From contig OX597818.1 in NCBI GenBank assembly GCA_951406725.2, positions 76,136,001-76,200,000 of the forward strand: 64,000 nt of DNA, written 5' to 3'. How positions within the stretch are numbered: position 1 is the first letter of the stretch; each line of letters opens with the position of its first letter. A program made the translations under genes and the position numbers. Shown here piece after piece: positions 1 to 13,449 of the stretch. The notes below the pieces were generated by a model. It did not search any database. It saw only the letters and a program-made list of their open reading frames with translations, and had not been told where the DNA came from. Source of the DNA: Octopus vulgaris (Eukaryota).

Positions 1-122
1 AGGGAGAGGCAGGCAGAGAGTAATGGTTCGACTGTAGAAATTTAAATGAAAAAATTATTTAAAACTGCAGGTATGAAAGTATGAACCTATTCATTTGAAA
101 TATTCATGACGGAAGCAGAGAA

Positions 123-136
123 GTTGCTATGGTAAC
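123..136. promoter_or_regulatory. RFX X-box-like palindrome GTTGCTATGGTAAC
   Basis: Close match to the RFX consensus GTTGCCATGGCAAC in unique sequence. An ETS-like CGGAAG lies just upstream and a TGCGTCA half-CRE just downstream. Confidence 0.4.
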
Positions 137-349
137 CATTGCGTCAGACGCCCGTTCTGAGACCAGCATAACGAAAGTGTCGCTGAAATTTGTATCACTC
201 TCTCTCTCATTCTCTCCACTCTCTCTCCACGCGCGCACGCACGCACACATACATGGATACGCGCAAATTAATGCTAGGGTTGTTATTAAGTGATAGCAAT
301 AATGTACTAGTAGTGTCATATGTGTATGTGTTTATATATATATAGGTAC

Positions 350-521
350 ACGCGTGGCTGTGTGGCATGGAGCTTGCTTCCCAACCACATGGTTCCAGGT
401 TCAGTACCTCTGCGTGACACCTTCGGCAAGTGTCTTTCACTATAGCCTTCTACTATAGCGTTTAGCGGACCAAGCATTGTGAGTGGCTTTGATAGATGGA
501 AACTGAAAGAAGCCCGTCGTG

Positions 522-553
<32 letters not shown>

Positions 554-571
554 TGTATGTATGTATGTATG

Positions 572-650
<79 letters not shown>

Positions 651-860
651 GTGTGTTTTTGTGTCTCCCATCAACGCTTGACAACGGGTGTTGGGGTGTT
701 TATGTCCCCGTAACTTAGCAGTTTGACAAAAGAAATCAATAAAATAAGTACCAGGCTTTAAAAACGTACAGTGGTTGATTCATTCGACAACAAATTCTTC
801 AAGGCAGTGCCCCAGCATGGCCACATTCTCATGACTGAAACAATTAAAACATAAAAGATG
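350..860 (+). mobile_element. tRNA-derived SINE, family 1, with internal TATG/TATC microsatellite
   Basis: A-box-like GTGGCTGTGTGG and B-box-like GGTTCAGT, then GGCAAGTGTCTT..CTATAGCC..GGAAACTGAAAGAAGCCCGT. Homologous copies at 16470, 18040, 22197 and 49283. Confidence 0.8.
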
Positions 861-1189
861 TACATACACGTACAAGGCTAGCTAGATAGATAGAGAGGGA
901 GAGAGAGAAGAGAGAGGGAGGGAGAGGGAGAGGGAGAGAGAGGGAGAGAGAGAGATAGTAGGGTTGACTGTGACTTGAAGTTGTATCTATTGAGCTTATT
1001 TAAAGAAGCTTCAAGAGGCGACCTGAAGCTACAATCAACCCTGGTTTATGTGTGTGTGTGTGTGTGCGTGTGTGTGTTTGCTTGTGTGTGTGTATGTGTG
1101 TATGTGTACGCATTATATACACACATACAAACGTACATACATACATATATGCATGCATACATACATACATACATACATACATACATGAC

Positions 1190-1480
1190 CGTGGTCGGCT
1201 TCGCCTTTCATCCTTTCGGGGTCATTGAAATAAATACAGTCAATCAGTGGGGTCAATGTAATCCACTAAACCCTTCGCCTAAAATCTTGTGTCAAAATAC
1301 GAATGGAAAACGTTGAAGTGGCAAAATCGTTAACACGTCGGACAAAATGCTCACCGTCATTTCGTCCGTCTTTATGTTCTATATTCAAATTCCACCGAGG
1401 TCGACTTTGCCTGTCATCCCTTCGAGAGCGATGAAATAAGTACCTGTTAAGCACTACGGCTAATATAATCGATAAGCCCC
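1190..1480 (+). mobile_element. SINE family 2 fragments (Nin/Deu-like domain)
   Basis: GCCTTTCATCCTTTCGGGGTC and CCGAGGTCGACTTTGCC motifs are shared with the copies at 4550, 24250 and 60960. Confidence 0.7.
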
Positions 1481-1529
1481 ATCCACACGACTAGCCCCCG
1501 CCTCCACACGTCATACTCAGCTTATTGCT

Positions 1530-3690
1530 GGAAGTGCCATTAATGTACCAGGTGTTCACTTCCTATGAACTAAGTCGGTACATTCTTTTCAAGTTAGGAG
1601 AACTTTGCGGAGACTCCTCGTCAAATAATCCTGTTTTCTGTTGTGCTCTATTTTTGTTTTTATTCTTATTTTCTAACTAATTGTTGTTTTTATTTACTCA
1701 CTGTACCTAGGCACTAACAATTATTAGAATAATGTTCACTTTTTTCATTGACTACATCTTTTTGATTTCTCCCTTCAGATTTTCATGTTGCGTTAGTTTT
1801 TCTCCTCTTTCTGCTGTCCGTAGGCCAAGTGATCTCTATGGTCATACATTTGTACTCTGCATTTATCAGATTCTGCTGATTTGTCAAGTTTTTACTAGAT
1901 GTAGTTTGTTCTCAATGCTTGTTTCTGTGCTGCACTTATCAAGACCTCTCTTTTGGGTTCCAGATCATTTCTTGTAACCACAAACAGAATTTATTCGGGC
2001 CTGTGTCTTTGTATCTCTCACAAGAACTGACCGAGCACCCTCTTATCGTTTCCTCTTCATTTTTGTCTTTATTCTTTAATTCATCTTGTCCAGAATGCTT
2101 CCCGTATGTAATAGATCAGCCTTTCTTACTTGTACAAGTATGTTTCCATTGCATTCTTTATATACCAAGCGACATTGTTTTCTTCAACTGAATACAATCC
2201 TCGCAACTTATCAATCTCCGAACTCCTTTTCTTTCTTGTAAGGTGTAGTCTGTCAAGATCACGTTTCGGGTGGAACGCACCGTGTATTATCAGTAGTTTC
2301 CGTATTTCCTTGTCTAAGGAATACAGTTCCTCAGTTCACCATAGCATCACTCCCCCTCTACGTCTCAAGAGAACAATTGCCCATGAATTTTTGTTTGGAA
2401 GTTATTCAACCTATTCACTTTCATTTTAATAAACACTCTCATCCTTCAGTAATATTCCTGAGAGAATATCTTCATTATTTGGCATTCCATCAATTTGCCT
2501 CACTTCCTGTATCCCTCCTTGTTTATTCTCTTCGTTATCTCTCCCGTGGGCAACTCCACACCATCTAGTTTACCGCTTTTTAGAATCACACCACGCTTTT
2601 CCAGTTCAAATTCTATTATAATATCCGCACTAAAGCAATGCACTGTTTGAATCAGTGAATTCAGCAGGTTTTCATATTTTTTATAGTCTCATGCCAACTA
2701 TAAAAAGAAGATTGATCTTATTTTTTCTTTCTTTGAACTCACACTTAGCTTTCGTATTTCTCAAAATGAAAGTGGAAAGTATACACAATACAAAAGGCAA
2801 TGATAATAAGCTATCTCCTTGGAAGATTTCATGTTTGTTGCTGACAAAGCTTGAACCTTTCCTCCACCATGCGAGTTCAGCGCTCCAATAATTCGTACTT
2901 CGGTTCAATATTGTGCGCAGTTCCAAATATTTTTAAGCAGTTCAGAATCTGCGAATAAGGTATCATATCATAAGCTTTCCGTTAGTCATTCCACGTCATT
3001 CCTAAGTGTGATTTTCACTTTTTACTGTCTCTCAGCATTGTTTTCTCTGTCAATAGTTGATCTTTGGTTTCTCTACACCCATGATTGCACCATTTTTTGC
3101 TCTTCTGGTAAGATGTTATTCTAGTCCATCAACACATACATTTCATCTGCCAGTATTCCAGTTAACAGCTTCCGCATGATGGGCAGACAAGATATTGGCT
3201 TGAAGCTGCCAATAGCCTTTTCCCCTCGATGCTACTACCTGGCACAGTATCGGTCTGTCTCTGGTGAGAACATGTGTGGTTTTCAAGTAATGTACGTAAT
3301 TATTCCGCTATCCTTTTGTGGAACTCCATAAATTTCTGCTGGGTCTGCTGCTTTCCAGATGCTTATCGTTCTATTTACTCATTGACTACCCTCCTAGCTT
3401 ACCTTAATGTCTCCTTGCTGAAGATTTATATTGGTTTCACTCATGTTACTTAATCACCCTGCGTTACTGTTGTGCATTTCTTCTTTCCCCCACATAGACT
3501 GTCCAAGAATCTTCGAATTTCTTCCTCATTTGAGGTGTATGTATCTTTGCTTGTTTCTCCATTTATTTCCTAATAAAATCTTTTTTGGCCAATTTTGAAA
3601 AGTCTGTTTTGTCTATTGTTTGATTCTCTGATCATATCGAGTGACATTTGTTTTCTTGGCTTGCACATGCTTTTTTTTAGCTAGCAAACT
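1530..3690 (-). mobile_element. Degenerate R4/Dong-like non-LTR retrotransposon fragment (RT region)
   Basis: The minus-strand ORF contains IFQGDSLLSLPFVLC...KINLLF, similar to the RT of the 9021-9449 copy. Many stops. Confidence 0.7.
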
Positions 3691-3736
3691 TCCAAAATAA
3701 AGATGTATGTTTCTAACGTTGATGAGAATATATATA

Positions 3737-3772
<36 letters not shown>

Positions 3773-3836
3773 TGTATGTATGTATGTATGTATGTATGTA
3801 TGTATGTATGTATGTATGTATGTATGTATGTATATA

Positions 3837-3885
<49 letters not shown>

Positions 3886-4549
3886 GTATATGTGTATATA
3901 TGTATGTATCTGTGTATATTTATGCATGTGTGTGTCTAACGTTGATAAGACAAAAATTTAAATATTTATAAAAGATATGCAGTAACCAGCCTCAGAATAA
4001 CTGTATCTAAAGCATTAGACAAAGCTGCGACGACAAAACCCAGTAAAATAGAAAAACGACGTCAGCATATTTTAACTCATATTATTGTTTCTACGGGGAG
4101 ACAGAAAGGGGGAGAGAGCTAACAAGCTTTTTACATTGGTGAGAGAAAACATTTTCGAATGTTGTAAGTTGTTTCGAAATAACTATTTAAAATAAAAACG
4201 TTAGGACGACGGGAGCAAGCAAGCAAGCAGGCCTCCAAGGTCGATGTGACAAAGAAAAAAAAAAACAGAAACTCCCCCCCCCCAGAAAACATGGTATCTA
4301 TTACCATACCCCTGCAGTGTACTGATGACACTACAATGAAAGTATTCCAGCTGCCTTCCCAATGTTGTCCAATCAGCTGTTGCTTATTGTCCATCCATTG
4401 CATTATTTGCCTGCATCTTGACGAACTGTCCTCAATTCTTCCTTCCGTGATGATGTTTTCCCAAACTTCTACTTCGAATATCGCTATAACAGGTGAGCTT
4501 TTGCATTTTCACATTATAGTAATTATTATTATTGTTATTGCTATTATTA

Positions 4550-4767
4550 AGGCGGCGAGCTGGCAGAATCGTTAGCACGCCGGGCGAAATGCTTAGCGGT
4601 ATTTCGTCTGCCGCTACGTTCTGAGTTCAAATTCCGCCGAGGTCGACTTTGTGTTTCATCCTTTCGGGGTCGATAAATTAAGTACCAGTCGAGTAGTGGG
4701 GTCGATGTAATCGACCAGTCCCCCCTCCCAAAAAAAACATTTCAGGCTTGTGCCTCTAGTAGCAAGG

Positions 4768-4770
<3 letters not shown>
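4550..4770 (+). mobile_element. SINE family 2 (tRNA head, Nin/Deu-like domain, (TTA)n tail)
   Basis: GGCGGCGAGCTGGCAGAA..GAGTTCAAATTCC A/B boxes, conserved core and TTA tail. Confidence 0.8.
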
Positions 4771-4814
<44 letters not shown>

Positions 4815-4815
<1 letters not shown>

Positions 4816-4995
4816 GAGTGAGAGAGCAGTGCATGCCATCAAAGTATCAAAGTGACACTGAGTTAAGATATACGAAGCCCAGTATACCCATCATGACTAC
4901 CCGTCTGATAACGGTACACCAGGCACATGCACCACAACCATATGTGCGCGTCATAGTGATCTCATATCAAGATAAACAGTGCATGACCTTGCAGG
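4815..4995 (-). mobile_element. Partial copy of the ~560-bp TAA-associated non-coding element
   Basis: Homologous to the end of 8248-8807 and to 12633-13050, and abuts (TTA)n. Confidence 0.7.
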
Positions 4996-5094
4996 GTTCT
5001 TGAAGCATGACCAGTTAACAAGTGTCAGCTTTGCTGGCTCTGGATGGACAACAGACACTTTCCATCATACCCAGCAAAATAAGCTGTGAATTTT

Positions 5095-5152
<58 letters not shown>

Positions 5153-5157
5153 TAATA

Positions 5158-6286
5158 ATCACACTAGATAAAACCAATGAAATAAAAGAATTAGACCAAA
5201 GCTAAACTTACAAATACTTAGGAATCCATGAACTAGATAAGACACAACACACACAAATGAAAGAGAAAAGAAAAAGAATATTATAGACGAGTTAGATCAA
5301 TACTAAAAACAGAGCTCAATGCTAAAAACAAGATAATAGGTATTAACACTTTAGCTGTCCCAGTTATAAGTTACAGCTACAGTATCCTTAACTGGACACT
5401 AAATGAACTGACCAAAATAGATAGGAAAACAAGAAAAATAATGACAGGATCTAGAATTCATCACCCAAAATCTGACATAGAAAGACTATATATACAACGT
5501 ATAGGTGGTAGAGGCCTTATACAGCTGGAAAACTACTATAAAATAACCACTATAGGACTGCAAAAATATCTACTTCAGAAGGAAGGAAAACTGATACAAA
5601 TAGCGGCAAAACACGAGCAAGATAAAAAACTGTTCTCAGTATTTAAGGAAGCTGACAAATACAAACAAGAAATTATACCACCTAATAAATATGAAGAACA
5701 AGAAGAAGAAGATGAAAAAACAACAAAAGCTATAAAACAAATGAAATCCAAACTAAAAATAGAACAGCAACGAACCATGATAAAACGATGGCAAGAAAGG
5801 CCCCTTCATGGTAAATACTGGACTAAACTAAACGCAAAAGAAATAGACAAAGAAAAATCCCAGCAATGGTTGAGAAGCTCAGGACTCAAAGCAGAGACAA
5901 AAGGATTTTTAATTGCAGCACAAGACCAAAGCCTCCCCACCAGAAATTACCAAAGAAATATAACAAGTAACTGCAGAATATGTGGAGATGGACAAGAAAC
6001 AATAAATCATATTATCTCTGGCTGCCCAGTCCTGGCTAAGAAGGAATATATTCACAGACATGACAGAGTTGGATCCTACGTACACTGGAAGCTATGCCAA
6101 CACTATGGAATAACAACGGAAAAAAGATGGTATAGGCACACACCAGAAAAGGCACTGCACACATCCTACGCAGAACACTTTCCATACAATAACCATCAGA
6201 GCATCACAACAAATCACAGCACATACCCAAGGCACACAGAGCTGCGCTCGGTAGTGAAGTAAAAGCACGCTATAAAAATAAAACTA

Positions 6287-6292
<6 letters not shown>
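5158..6292 (+). mobile_element. R4/Dong-like LINE 3' fragment, family A, with the RLE domain deleted internally
   Basis: ORF 5441-6262 has ERLYIQRIGGRGL, LIAAQDQSL, a CCHC knuckle (CRIC..ETINHIISGC) and RHD. It jumps to the C-terminus near 6150 and is flanked by (TAA)n on both sides. Confidence 0.85.
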
Positions 6293-6349
<57 letters not shown>

Positions 6350-7975
6350 CAAGAAAGGAATCTTCCAAGGGGACAGTTGATATTCGTGCTGGAAATGATC
6401 CCCTTGAGTGAAGTACTACAGAAAACAAAGTTGAGTATGATCTGATAGAGGTAAGGAAAAACTAAACTACTTGCTATTCATGAACGACCTGAAGATATTC
6501 ACAAAATTTAAGGCTGAATTGGACAGCCTATTCCAGGCTGTGCGGATTTTCTTCAATGATATTAAGATATTTGGACTCTCAAAATGTGCTACGATGGTGA
6601 TGAGACAAGGAAAGCTTGCAAGGACTGAAGGCTATAAATACCAGGGAATACTTCAGGCAGATGGAGTCAAACACCACGACATGAAGGGAAAGACAAAAAG
6701 AGAGTACCTGCGGCGAATGAGAAAATATTGGCTTCAAAGCTGAATGCTAGAAACATAATTTCGGCAATAAACTCGCGCGCGGTCGGCAATAGTTCGGTAT
6801 GGCACTGGAATCCTGAATTGGGCAGAGGAGGAGTTAGAGGAGATGGACAGGAAGTCAAGAAAGCTTCTAACGATGCACAGAGCACATCATTCTCGTGCAG
6901 ACACTGATCGCCTGTACATGAATAGAACAAATAGAGGAAGGGGATTGATAAGTGTGGAAGACTGTGCTTATCGAACTCGAGAGCTTAATGAGATACCTAG
7001 CCCAAAGTAAGGAAACCTTGCTTGTGATTGTTAGGAACGAGGGAGTATTGAGAGCAGAGAAAAAATGGAAAACAAAGTAAAAGTACAAAAAGGACGTGCA
7101 GAAGAATTGCGCAAGAAGAGACTACACAATCAATTCCATGTAACCACAGCAGAAGTTACTGGAAAAAATAGGTGGGATTGGCTGATGAAAGGAAACCTAA
7201 AAAATGTGATAGAGAGCACTATACTGGCAACGTATGACGAATCTCTGGCCATGAACTAGAGGATCAGCCTGAAGAATGAGCAAGTGTCTCCGCTGTACCG
7301 CACCTACAATATAGTGGATGAAACCATTGCCCATATCCCGAACGAATGCCCTAGACATGCCCAAAACCATTACAAGTTGTAGCGACACGACCAGGTAGCG
7401 AGAGTGCTACATTGGAAACTATGCGAAAAGTAGGGGCTAGAGAGAGGCAAGACGTGGTATGAGCACAAACCGCAGAAAGTGGTGGAGGCGGGGACTAGCA
7501 AAATCCTCTGGGATTTCCCAATCCAAACAAATCAGGTGCTAGAGCGTAACAGACTGGACCTAGTGGTGGTGGACAAGGTGCCCCACATACGCTATATAGT
7601 TGATGTTGCATGCCACTTTGACTTACGAATATTCAAGAAGGAAGGCGAAAAGATAGATAGATATAACCTTCTTAAGTACGAAATAGTCCGTCTATGGAAA
7701 ATGAAAAAGGTGAAGATAGTGCCAATTATTATTGGGTCCTTGGGAACAGTATAAGAAGGCATCAAGAGGAATATAAAGGAAATTGGAATAGAGAACCCAG
7801 TAGAACTGTTACAAAAGGTTTGCCTCCTTGGCACGGCCAGAATAATCAAGAAAGTATTAGAGAGCTGAAAAGAACAGATAGCATGGTACCATAGGCTGCA
7901 GGTAGTAAGCCCGCTACACATGCAAGACTCCAAGAGTTCCAACAAAACCTGTGATAAAAAGATAATAATAATGAT
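6350..7975 (+). mobile_element. R4/Dong-like LINE 3' fragment, family B, with restriction-like endonuclease
   Basis: RT motif LFMNDLK and RLE motif ILWDFPIQT..NRLDLVVVD..IVDVA..KIDRY, followed by a 3' UTR and (TAA)n. Confidence 0.85.
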
Positions 7976-8184
7976 TGATAATAATAATAATAACAGTAGT
8001 AGCAGTAGTAGTAGTAGCAGTAGTAGTAGCAGTAGTAGTAGCAGTAGTAGTAGTAGCAGCAGTAGTAGTAGTAGCAGTAGTAGTAGTAGCAGTAGTAGTA
8101 GTAGCAGCAGTAGTAGCAGGAGCAGCAACAGCAGCAGCAGCAGCATTAGTAGTAGTAGTAGCAGTAGTAGTAATAATAATAATG

Positions 8185-8247
<63 letters not shown>
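7976..8247. repeat. (TAA)n/(TAG,CAG)n compound microsatellite
   Basis: Seen directly. Confidence 0.95.
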
Positions 8248-8250
<3 letters not shown>

Positions 8251-8807
8251 GCCCTGATGCAGTACCAGGCAGTGGCTCTCATGGCTTCTGATCTTAACTG
8301 ATTGGAAGTGTTATCATGTACATTGTTTTGTCTTGGTATAAAAGATGGGCTACAGCAAATATTCTGCTCAATACCACAGATTTGCTTGTCAGTTGTTTGA
8401 CCTTAATCAGTTGAGCATGCCCCTTAGTGGCTGACGATATGTGCATCTCTGATCACGAGCAGAAGTAGTGGGGGAGCATCATAGCCATGTGTTGAGAGGG
8501 ATTCTTTGGGGTTTGAATAGTTCACCTCTGGAAACATGGGTGGTTCTTTCAACATCCTTAAGCAACCCTTATTCAGGGACCGTTTGAGCGGGATGGGCTA
8601 CTCAACCTGAAGAAAATTTTAATTGGGCCCCACCTGCAAGGTCATGTGCTGTTTATCTTGATATGAGATCACCATGTCGCGCACATATGGTTGTGATGCA
8701 TGTGCCTGGTGTACCCTTATCAGACGGGTAGTCATGATGGGTATATTGGGCTTCGTATATTTTACCCCAGTGTCACTTTGATGGCATGAACTGCTCTCTC
8801 ACTCAGT
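8248..8807 (+). mobile_element. ~560-bp non-coding element embedded in (TAA)n
   Basis: Three copies in the window share the terminus CTGCTCTCTCACTC next to a TAA tract. Confidence 0.75.
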
Positions 8808-8832
8808 AATAATAATAATAATAATAATAATA

Positions 8833-10445
8833 AAGATCAGCTAATGATCAATAAAGCCATAACTGAAGATAGCCGCAGAAAGAAGAAGGATCTATGTATG
8901 GCCTAGATCGATTACCGAAAGACTTTTGATTGTATTCTCCACACATGGATCTTAGAAACACTAGGCATGAACAAAGGTAACACCAATAATCATATAATAT
9001 ATAACACACGACATGAATAAATGGCAGACAGTGCTACAGCTCCAGACAAACAGGGACTCATAAAAACCAAAGCCATCACCATTAGAAGAGGAATATTCCA
9101 AGGAGACATGCTCTCTCCACTCCTTTTCTGCCTAGCACTGACACCTTTTTCTAACATGCTAAACAGAACTGAACGTAGATACAACTGTTACGGCAAAACA
9201 ATCACCCACCTCTTATATATGGATGACCTAAAACTGTACGCTGCAAATGATAAACAGCTGGAAACATTACTACAGACAGTACATGAATTTATCAAAGAAA
9301 TAAACATGAAATTTGGCTTAGAAAAATGTGCTAAAGCAAACTTGAAAAGAGGAAAACTAGTTAAGAGTGGCATCATCACACTAGATAAGGCAAATGAAAT
9401 AAGAGAATTAGACCAAAAGCCAGACATACAAATACTTAGGAATCAATGAACTAGACAAGATACAACATATACAAATGAAAGAGAAAATAAAAAAAGACGA
9501 GTTAGATTAATACTGAAAACAGCTCAATGCGAAAAACAAGATAATAGTCATCAACGCTATAGCCGTTCCAGTTATAAATTACAGCTACAATATCCTTAAC
9601 TGAACACTAAGTGAACTAATCAAAATAGACAGGAAAGCAAGAAAGATAATGACAGGATTTAGGATGCACTACCAAAAATCTGACTGAAATCTGACAAAAT
9701 CTGATAGAAAGGTTATATATACAACGTATAGAAGGTGGTAGAGGCCTTTTACAGCTAGAAAACTATTGCAAAAAACCATAAGACTACAAAAATACCTACT
9801 TCAGAAGTAAAGAAAATTAATACAAATAGCCACAAAACACGAACAAAACAAAAAACTGTTTTCAGTCTTTAAGGAAGCTGACACGTACAAAAAGGAAGAC
9901 ATACTACCTAACAACTATGAAGAAAAAGAAGAAACAATAAAAGCTATAAAACAGTTGAAATCCAAACTAAAACTGGAACAGCAACGGGTCATGATAAAAC
10001 GATAGCAAGAAAACCCCTTCATGGCAAATACTGGGTTAAACTAAACGCAAAAGAAATGGACAAAGCAAAATCCCAATAATGGCTGAGAAGCTCAGGACTC
10101 AAAGCAGAGACTGAAGGATTTTTAATTGCAGCACAAAACCAAAGCCTCCTCACCAAAATTTACCAAAAACGTATAATGAAAAGAAACATAAGTAAATGCA
10201 GAATATGTGGAGATGGACAAGAAACAATAAACCATATTGTCTCTGGCTGCCCAGCCATGGCTAAGAAGGAATATATTCCCAGACACGACAGAGCTGGGAC
10301 GTATATACACTGGAAGCTATGCCAACACTATGGAATAACAACAGAAAAATGATAGTATAGGCATACACCAGAGGTCACAGAAAAATGAGAAAGCAACTAT
10401 ACTATGGGATATGCTATACAGAGAGAGAGAAATTAAAGCCAATAG
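8833..10445 (+). mobile_element. R4/Dong-like LINE fragment, family A (RT to start of RLE)
   Basis: GIFQGDMLSPLLFCLAL, HLLYMDDLKLY and FGLEKC motifs. Homologous to 5158-6150. Confidence 0.9.
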
Positions 10446-10800
10446 TATTCTCCGGGACATTTCCTTTTCAATCAGTATTTCTTCTCCATATTTGGTACGT
10501 TTCTTTTGTTATCCCTATGTCTCCCGGGTATAGTTTTGCAGTGTAGAATGCATATAACACTTCGATGTAGACGTCATCTGTCCACCGTTCTCTTTTGGTT
10601 TTGTTTTTCGCTTGCGCAGTCACATTAGGAGAGGTATCTGCTTGTTCAGAGTAAACTTTTTGGCAGAGTACCGTCTCTGGTTTTATGCTGTTTTTATTTT
10701 CGTATCTCGAGGGCTTCAAACTCATAGATAAAAATCTGCCATTATTGGTTTTCGAAGTTTTATTACTGAGCATATCTGCTTATTTTCTCTATTTAAAATG
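10446..10800 (-). mobile_element. 5' ORF start of an R4/Dong-like element
   Basis: RERWTDDVYIEVLYAFY...YQIWRRN resembles the N-terminal RxxWT motif of R4/Dong proteins. Confidence 0.5.
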
Positions 10801-11164
10801 AGATGTGTTGCATTTTATTTCTATTGTTATTATTTGTCTCGTTTAATTTGTTTAAACACTGTGTTCTTCGTTGTCTTGTTTATGTACGATAAGTACGGGT
10901 GCATGTGTGAATCATATAAACATTACATTTATGTGTATTTTTGTAGAAATGAGACTGCATATACGATTATTATTTGTACTCACATTTTTTTCTGTAGCAA
11001 CATCGCATTCTCGCGTATTGCATCAATTCTTGTATAGGCAATAACGGAGCAGTCCAGGGTAAAACAGAGACCGAGGGGGAGCATTTGGATAGTGGAATGT
11101 CTTCAAGCGCTTAGAACTCTCAGCCAATCGGACAGTGCGATAGGTGGAACGTCCACTTTAAGCT

Positions 11165-11900
11165 TTTTATAGAGGATTAGAGGAGGGAAAGTGCGACGAT
11201 GTTCTTGGGGAGACCTTGGGCGTCGAAGATCAGCTAGTCGCTCTTTTCCGGAGAACCTTCGGGTCGAGACCGATGGAAAATTCCGAAAAATCTCTGGCCT
11301 GGCAGTGCTACCGGGGAGCTTTGCCTGTTCGAGATAAACTTTACAGCCACGGAAGTGCTGTCAGTCGAGCATGTCTGTGATGCGCGCAGGACGACGAAAC
11401 GGTCCTGCATGCATTCGTCCAGTGCCCGGGCATTGCTGACCTGTGGGTTTATGTCGAACACCTGCTGTCGCGCGTGGGATGGATCCGGCTGTCAACCGAA
11501 TTCTTCGTGAAGATCGCCCCGCCACTTTCCTTCAACCGGAAGGAAAGGCTGTCTTTATATGTCTGGTGGTCATGGCAAAAGAAGTTGTATGGTAGACGAG
11601 ATTGAGGGGCTGAAGACAAACACTTTTCTTCCTGATGAACTTCAAGTTTCACTTGAAAAGGGAAATAAGGGTAGAGAGGGAAGTGTTGTCTTCTAGCCAG
11701 TTTGCTGAAAGGTGAATGAAAGTGGCGAGAATAGTGCGAGTGAACGGGCCCTGAGCATACGCCTGTAGTTGGAAAAAGGAAAGAAAAAAAGGCTCCTGCC
11801 CCAAAACTCATGGCTTTTTATGGGTTTTTTTCTATGAGCAGCCCTCGAACAGAATAATTTTTATTTTTTCCTTTTCTCTCTGTCTTTCTTCCTCTTTTTC
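11165..11900 (+). mobile_element. L1/Tx1-like LINE 3' fragment (zinc-knuckle region)
   Basis: Translates as SLAWQCYRGALPVRDKL..C..CAQDDETVLHAFVQCP. Homologous to 14560-15505. Confidence 0.65.
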
Positions 11901-12169
11901 TCTCTCACATGACTTTGTAAATGAACAATTTGGTGTGTTTATTTTAATGTGAAATAATAGTCATTCCTAGCAGCTTCCCTCTGTTGGTGCCTTTTAATGC
12001 TGGCAATCGTTAAAGAGAAAGGATTTGGGACAGTAATAGAAGAGTTGAACAGCGTATCATAGCAGTAGCAGGCAAGCTCTCCAGATATCAGAAAAAATAG
12101 ATCAGTATCAATAGAAAAGATTATTTGAGACAGACCATAAATCAATTATTGGTATCTATAATTGTTTTG

Positions 12170-12605
12170 TTCAGTCTGTTATTTTCTACTTCTTGTTCGT
12201 TTGAATAGCTAAGTCCCACAAATCTTACATTTCTCCGACTCTAGTACTCTTTCGACTCGATAATTTTACCATGTGGTTCCAACTTCAAATAACTATTTCT
12301 GTCAAAGTTTCCGGTGTAAAACCTTTACAATCTGGTCGTGCCTCCGTTTCTTATATTCTTTCTGTGCCAACTTGGGGCATTCTATCATAATATGTGCCAT
12401 TGTCTCGTTCAAAGTTCCAGAGGCTCTGCATTTTTCTAGCACATTCTCACCATATATTTTTTCTCGAGTTGTTTGTTTTTACCGCTTGATCTTGGGCTAG
12501 TACAATTAGGATCCGTTATTTTTTTAATTGCCCTATAATTAATAAAGTTCAGGATTTTGTTCCACATACATCCATAAGGGCTTTCCAATATTGGCCATGT
12601 AAAGG
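12170..12605 (-). mobile_element. R4/Dong-like LINE fragment (CCHC region)
   Basis: The minus strand reads ETMAHIMIECPKLAQKEYKKRRHDQI. Confidence 0.7.
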
Positions 12606-12632
12606 CTTTTTATTATTATTATTATTATTATT

Positions 12633-13050
12633 GAGTGAGAGAGCAGTTCATGCCATCAAAGTGACACTGGGGTAAAATATACGAAGCCCAATATACCCAT
12701 CATGACTACCCGTCTGATAAAGGTACACCAGGCACATGCATCACAACCATATGTGCGCGACATGGTGATCTCATATCAAGATAAACAGCACATGACCTTG
12801 CAGGTGGGGCCCAGTTAGAATTTTCTTCATTTTGAGTAGCCCATCCTGCTCAAACGGTCCCTGAATAAGGGTTGTTTAAGGATGTTGAAAGAACCACCCA
12901 TGTTTCCAGAGGTGAACTATTCAAACCCCAAAGAATCCCTCTCAACACATGGCTATGATGCTCCCCCACTACTTCTGCTCGTGATCAGAGATGCACATAT
13001 CGTCAGCCACTAAGGGACATGCTCAACTGGTTAAGGTCAAACAACTGACA
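12633..13050 (-). mobile_element. 5'-truncated copy of the TAA-associated element
   Basis: Reverse complement of about 8388-8807, flanked by (TTA)n on both sides. Confidence 0.8.
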
Positions 13051-13051
13051 A

Positions 13052-13117
<66 letters not shown>

Positions 13118-13449
13118 CATTATTATTATTATTATATTTCGTTTTTGGATTTGTTTTCTTTTTGTGCGATATAATTTAACAGACTCACTGGTAAAATTTC
13201 CACTTATTTCTTAGTTTAATTTTCCTGACCCACACACATGCGCACAAACAAACAAAAAGGAACGCAGTGTAAATAACGGAATAACGGACAGAGTCAAGAC
13301 TATTGAAAAGGTTGCAAGACGCAACGAAAATTTTAGGAAAATAAAAATAATAAGTGGACATTTTACCGGTGAGTGTGTTAAATTATAAGGCATAAAAAGA
13401 AAATGACTCTCCCCAGAAACAACAGAATATTATTATTTTTTAAAATACA

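Noticed and set aside
12700-12740. CTGATAA as a hammerhead core
   Set aside because: No GAAA box or compatible stems lie nearby.
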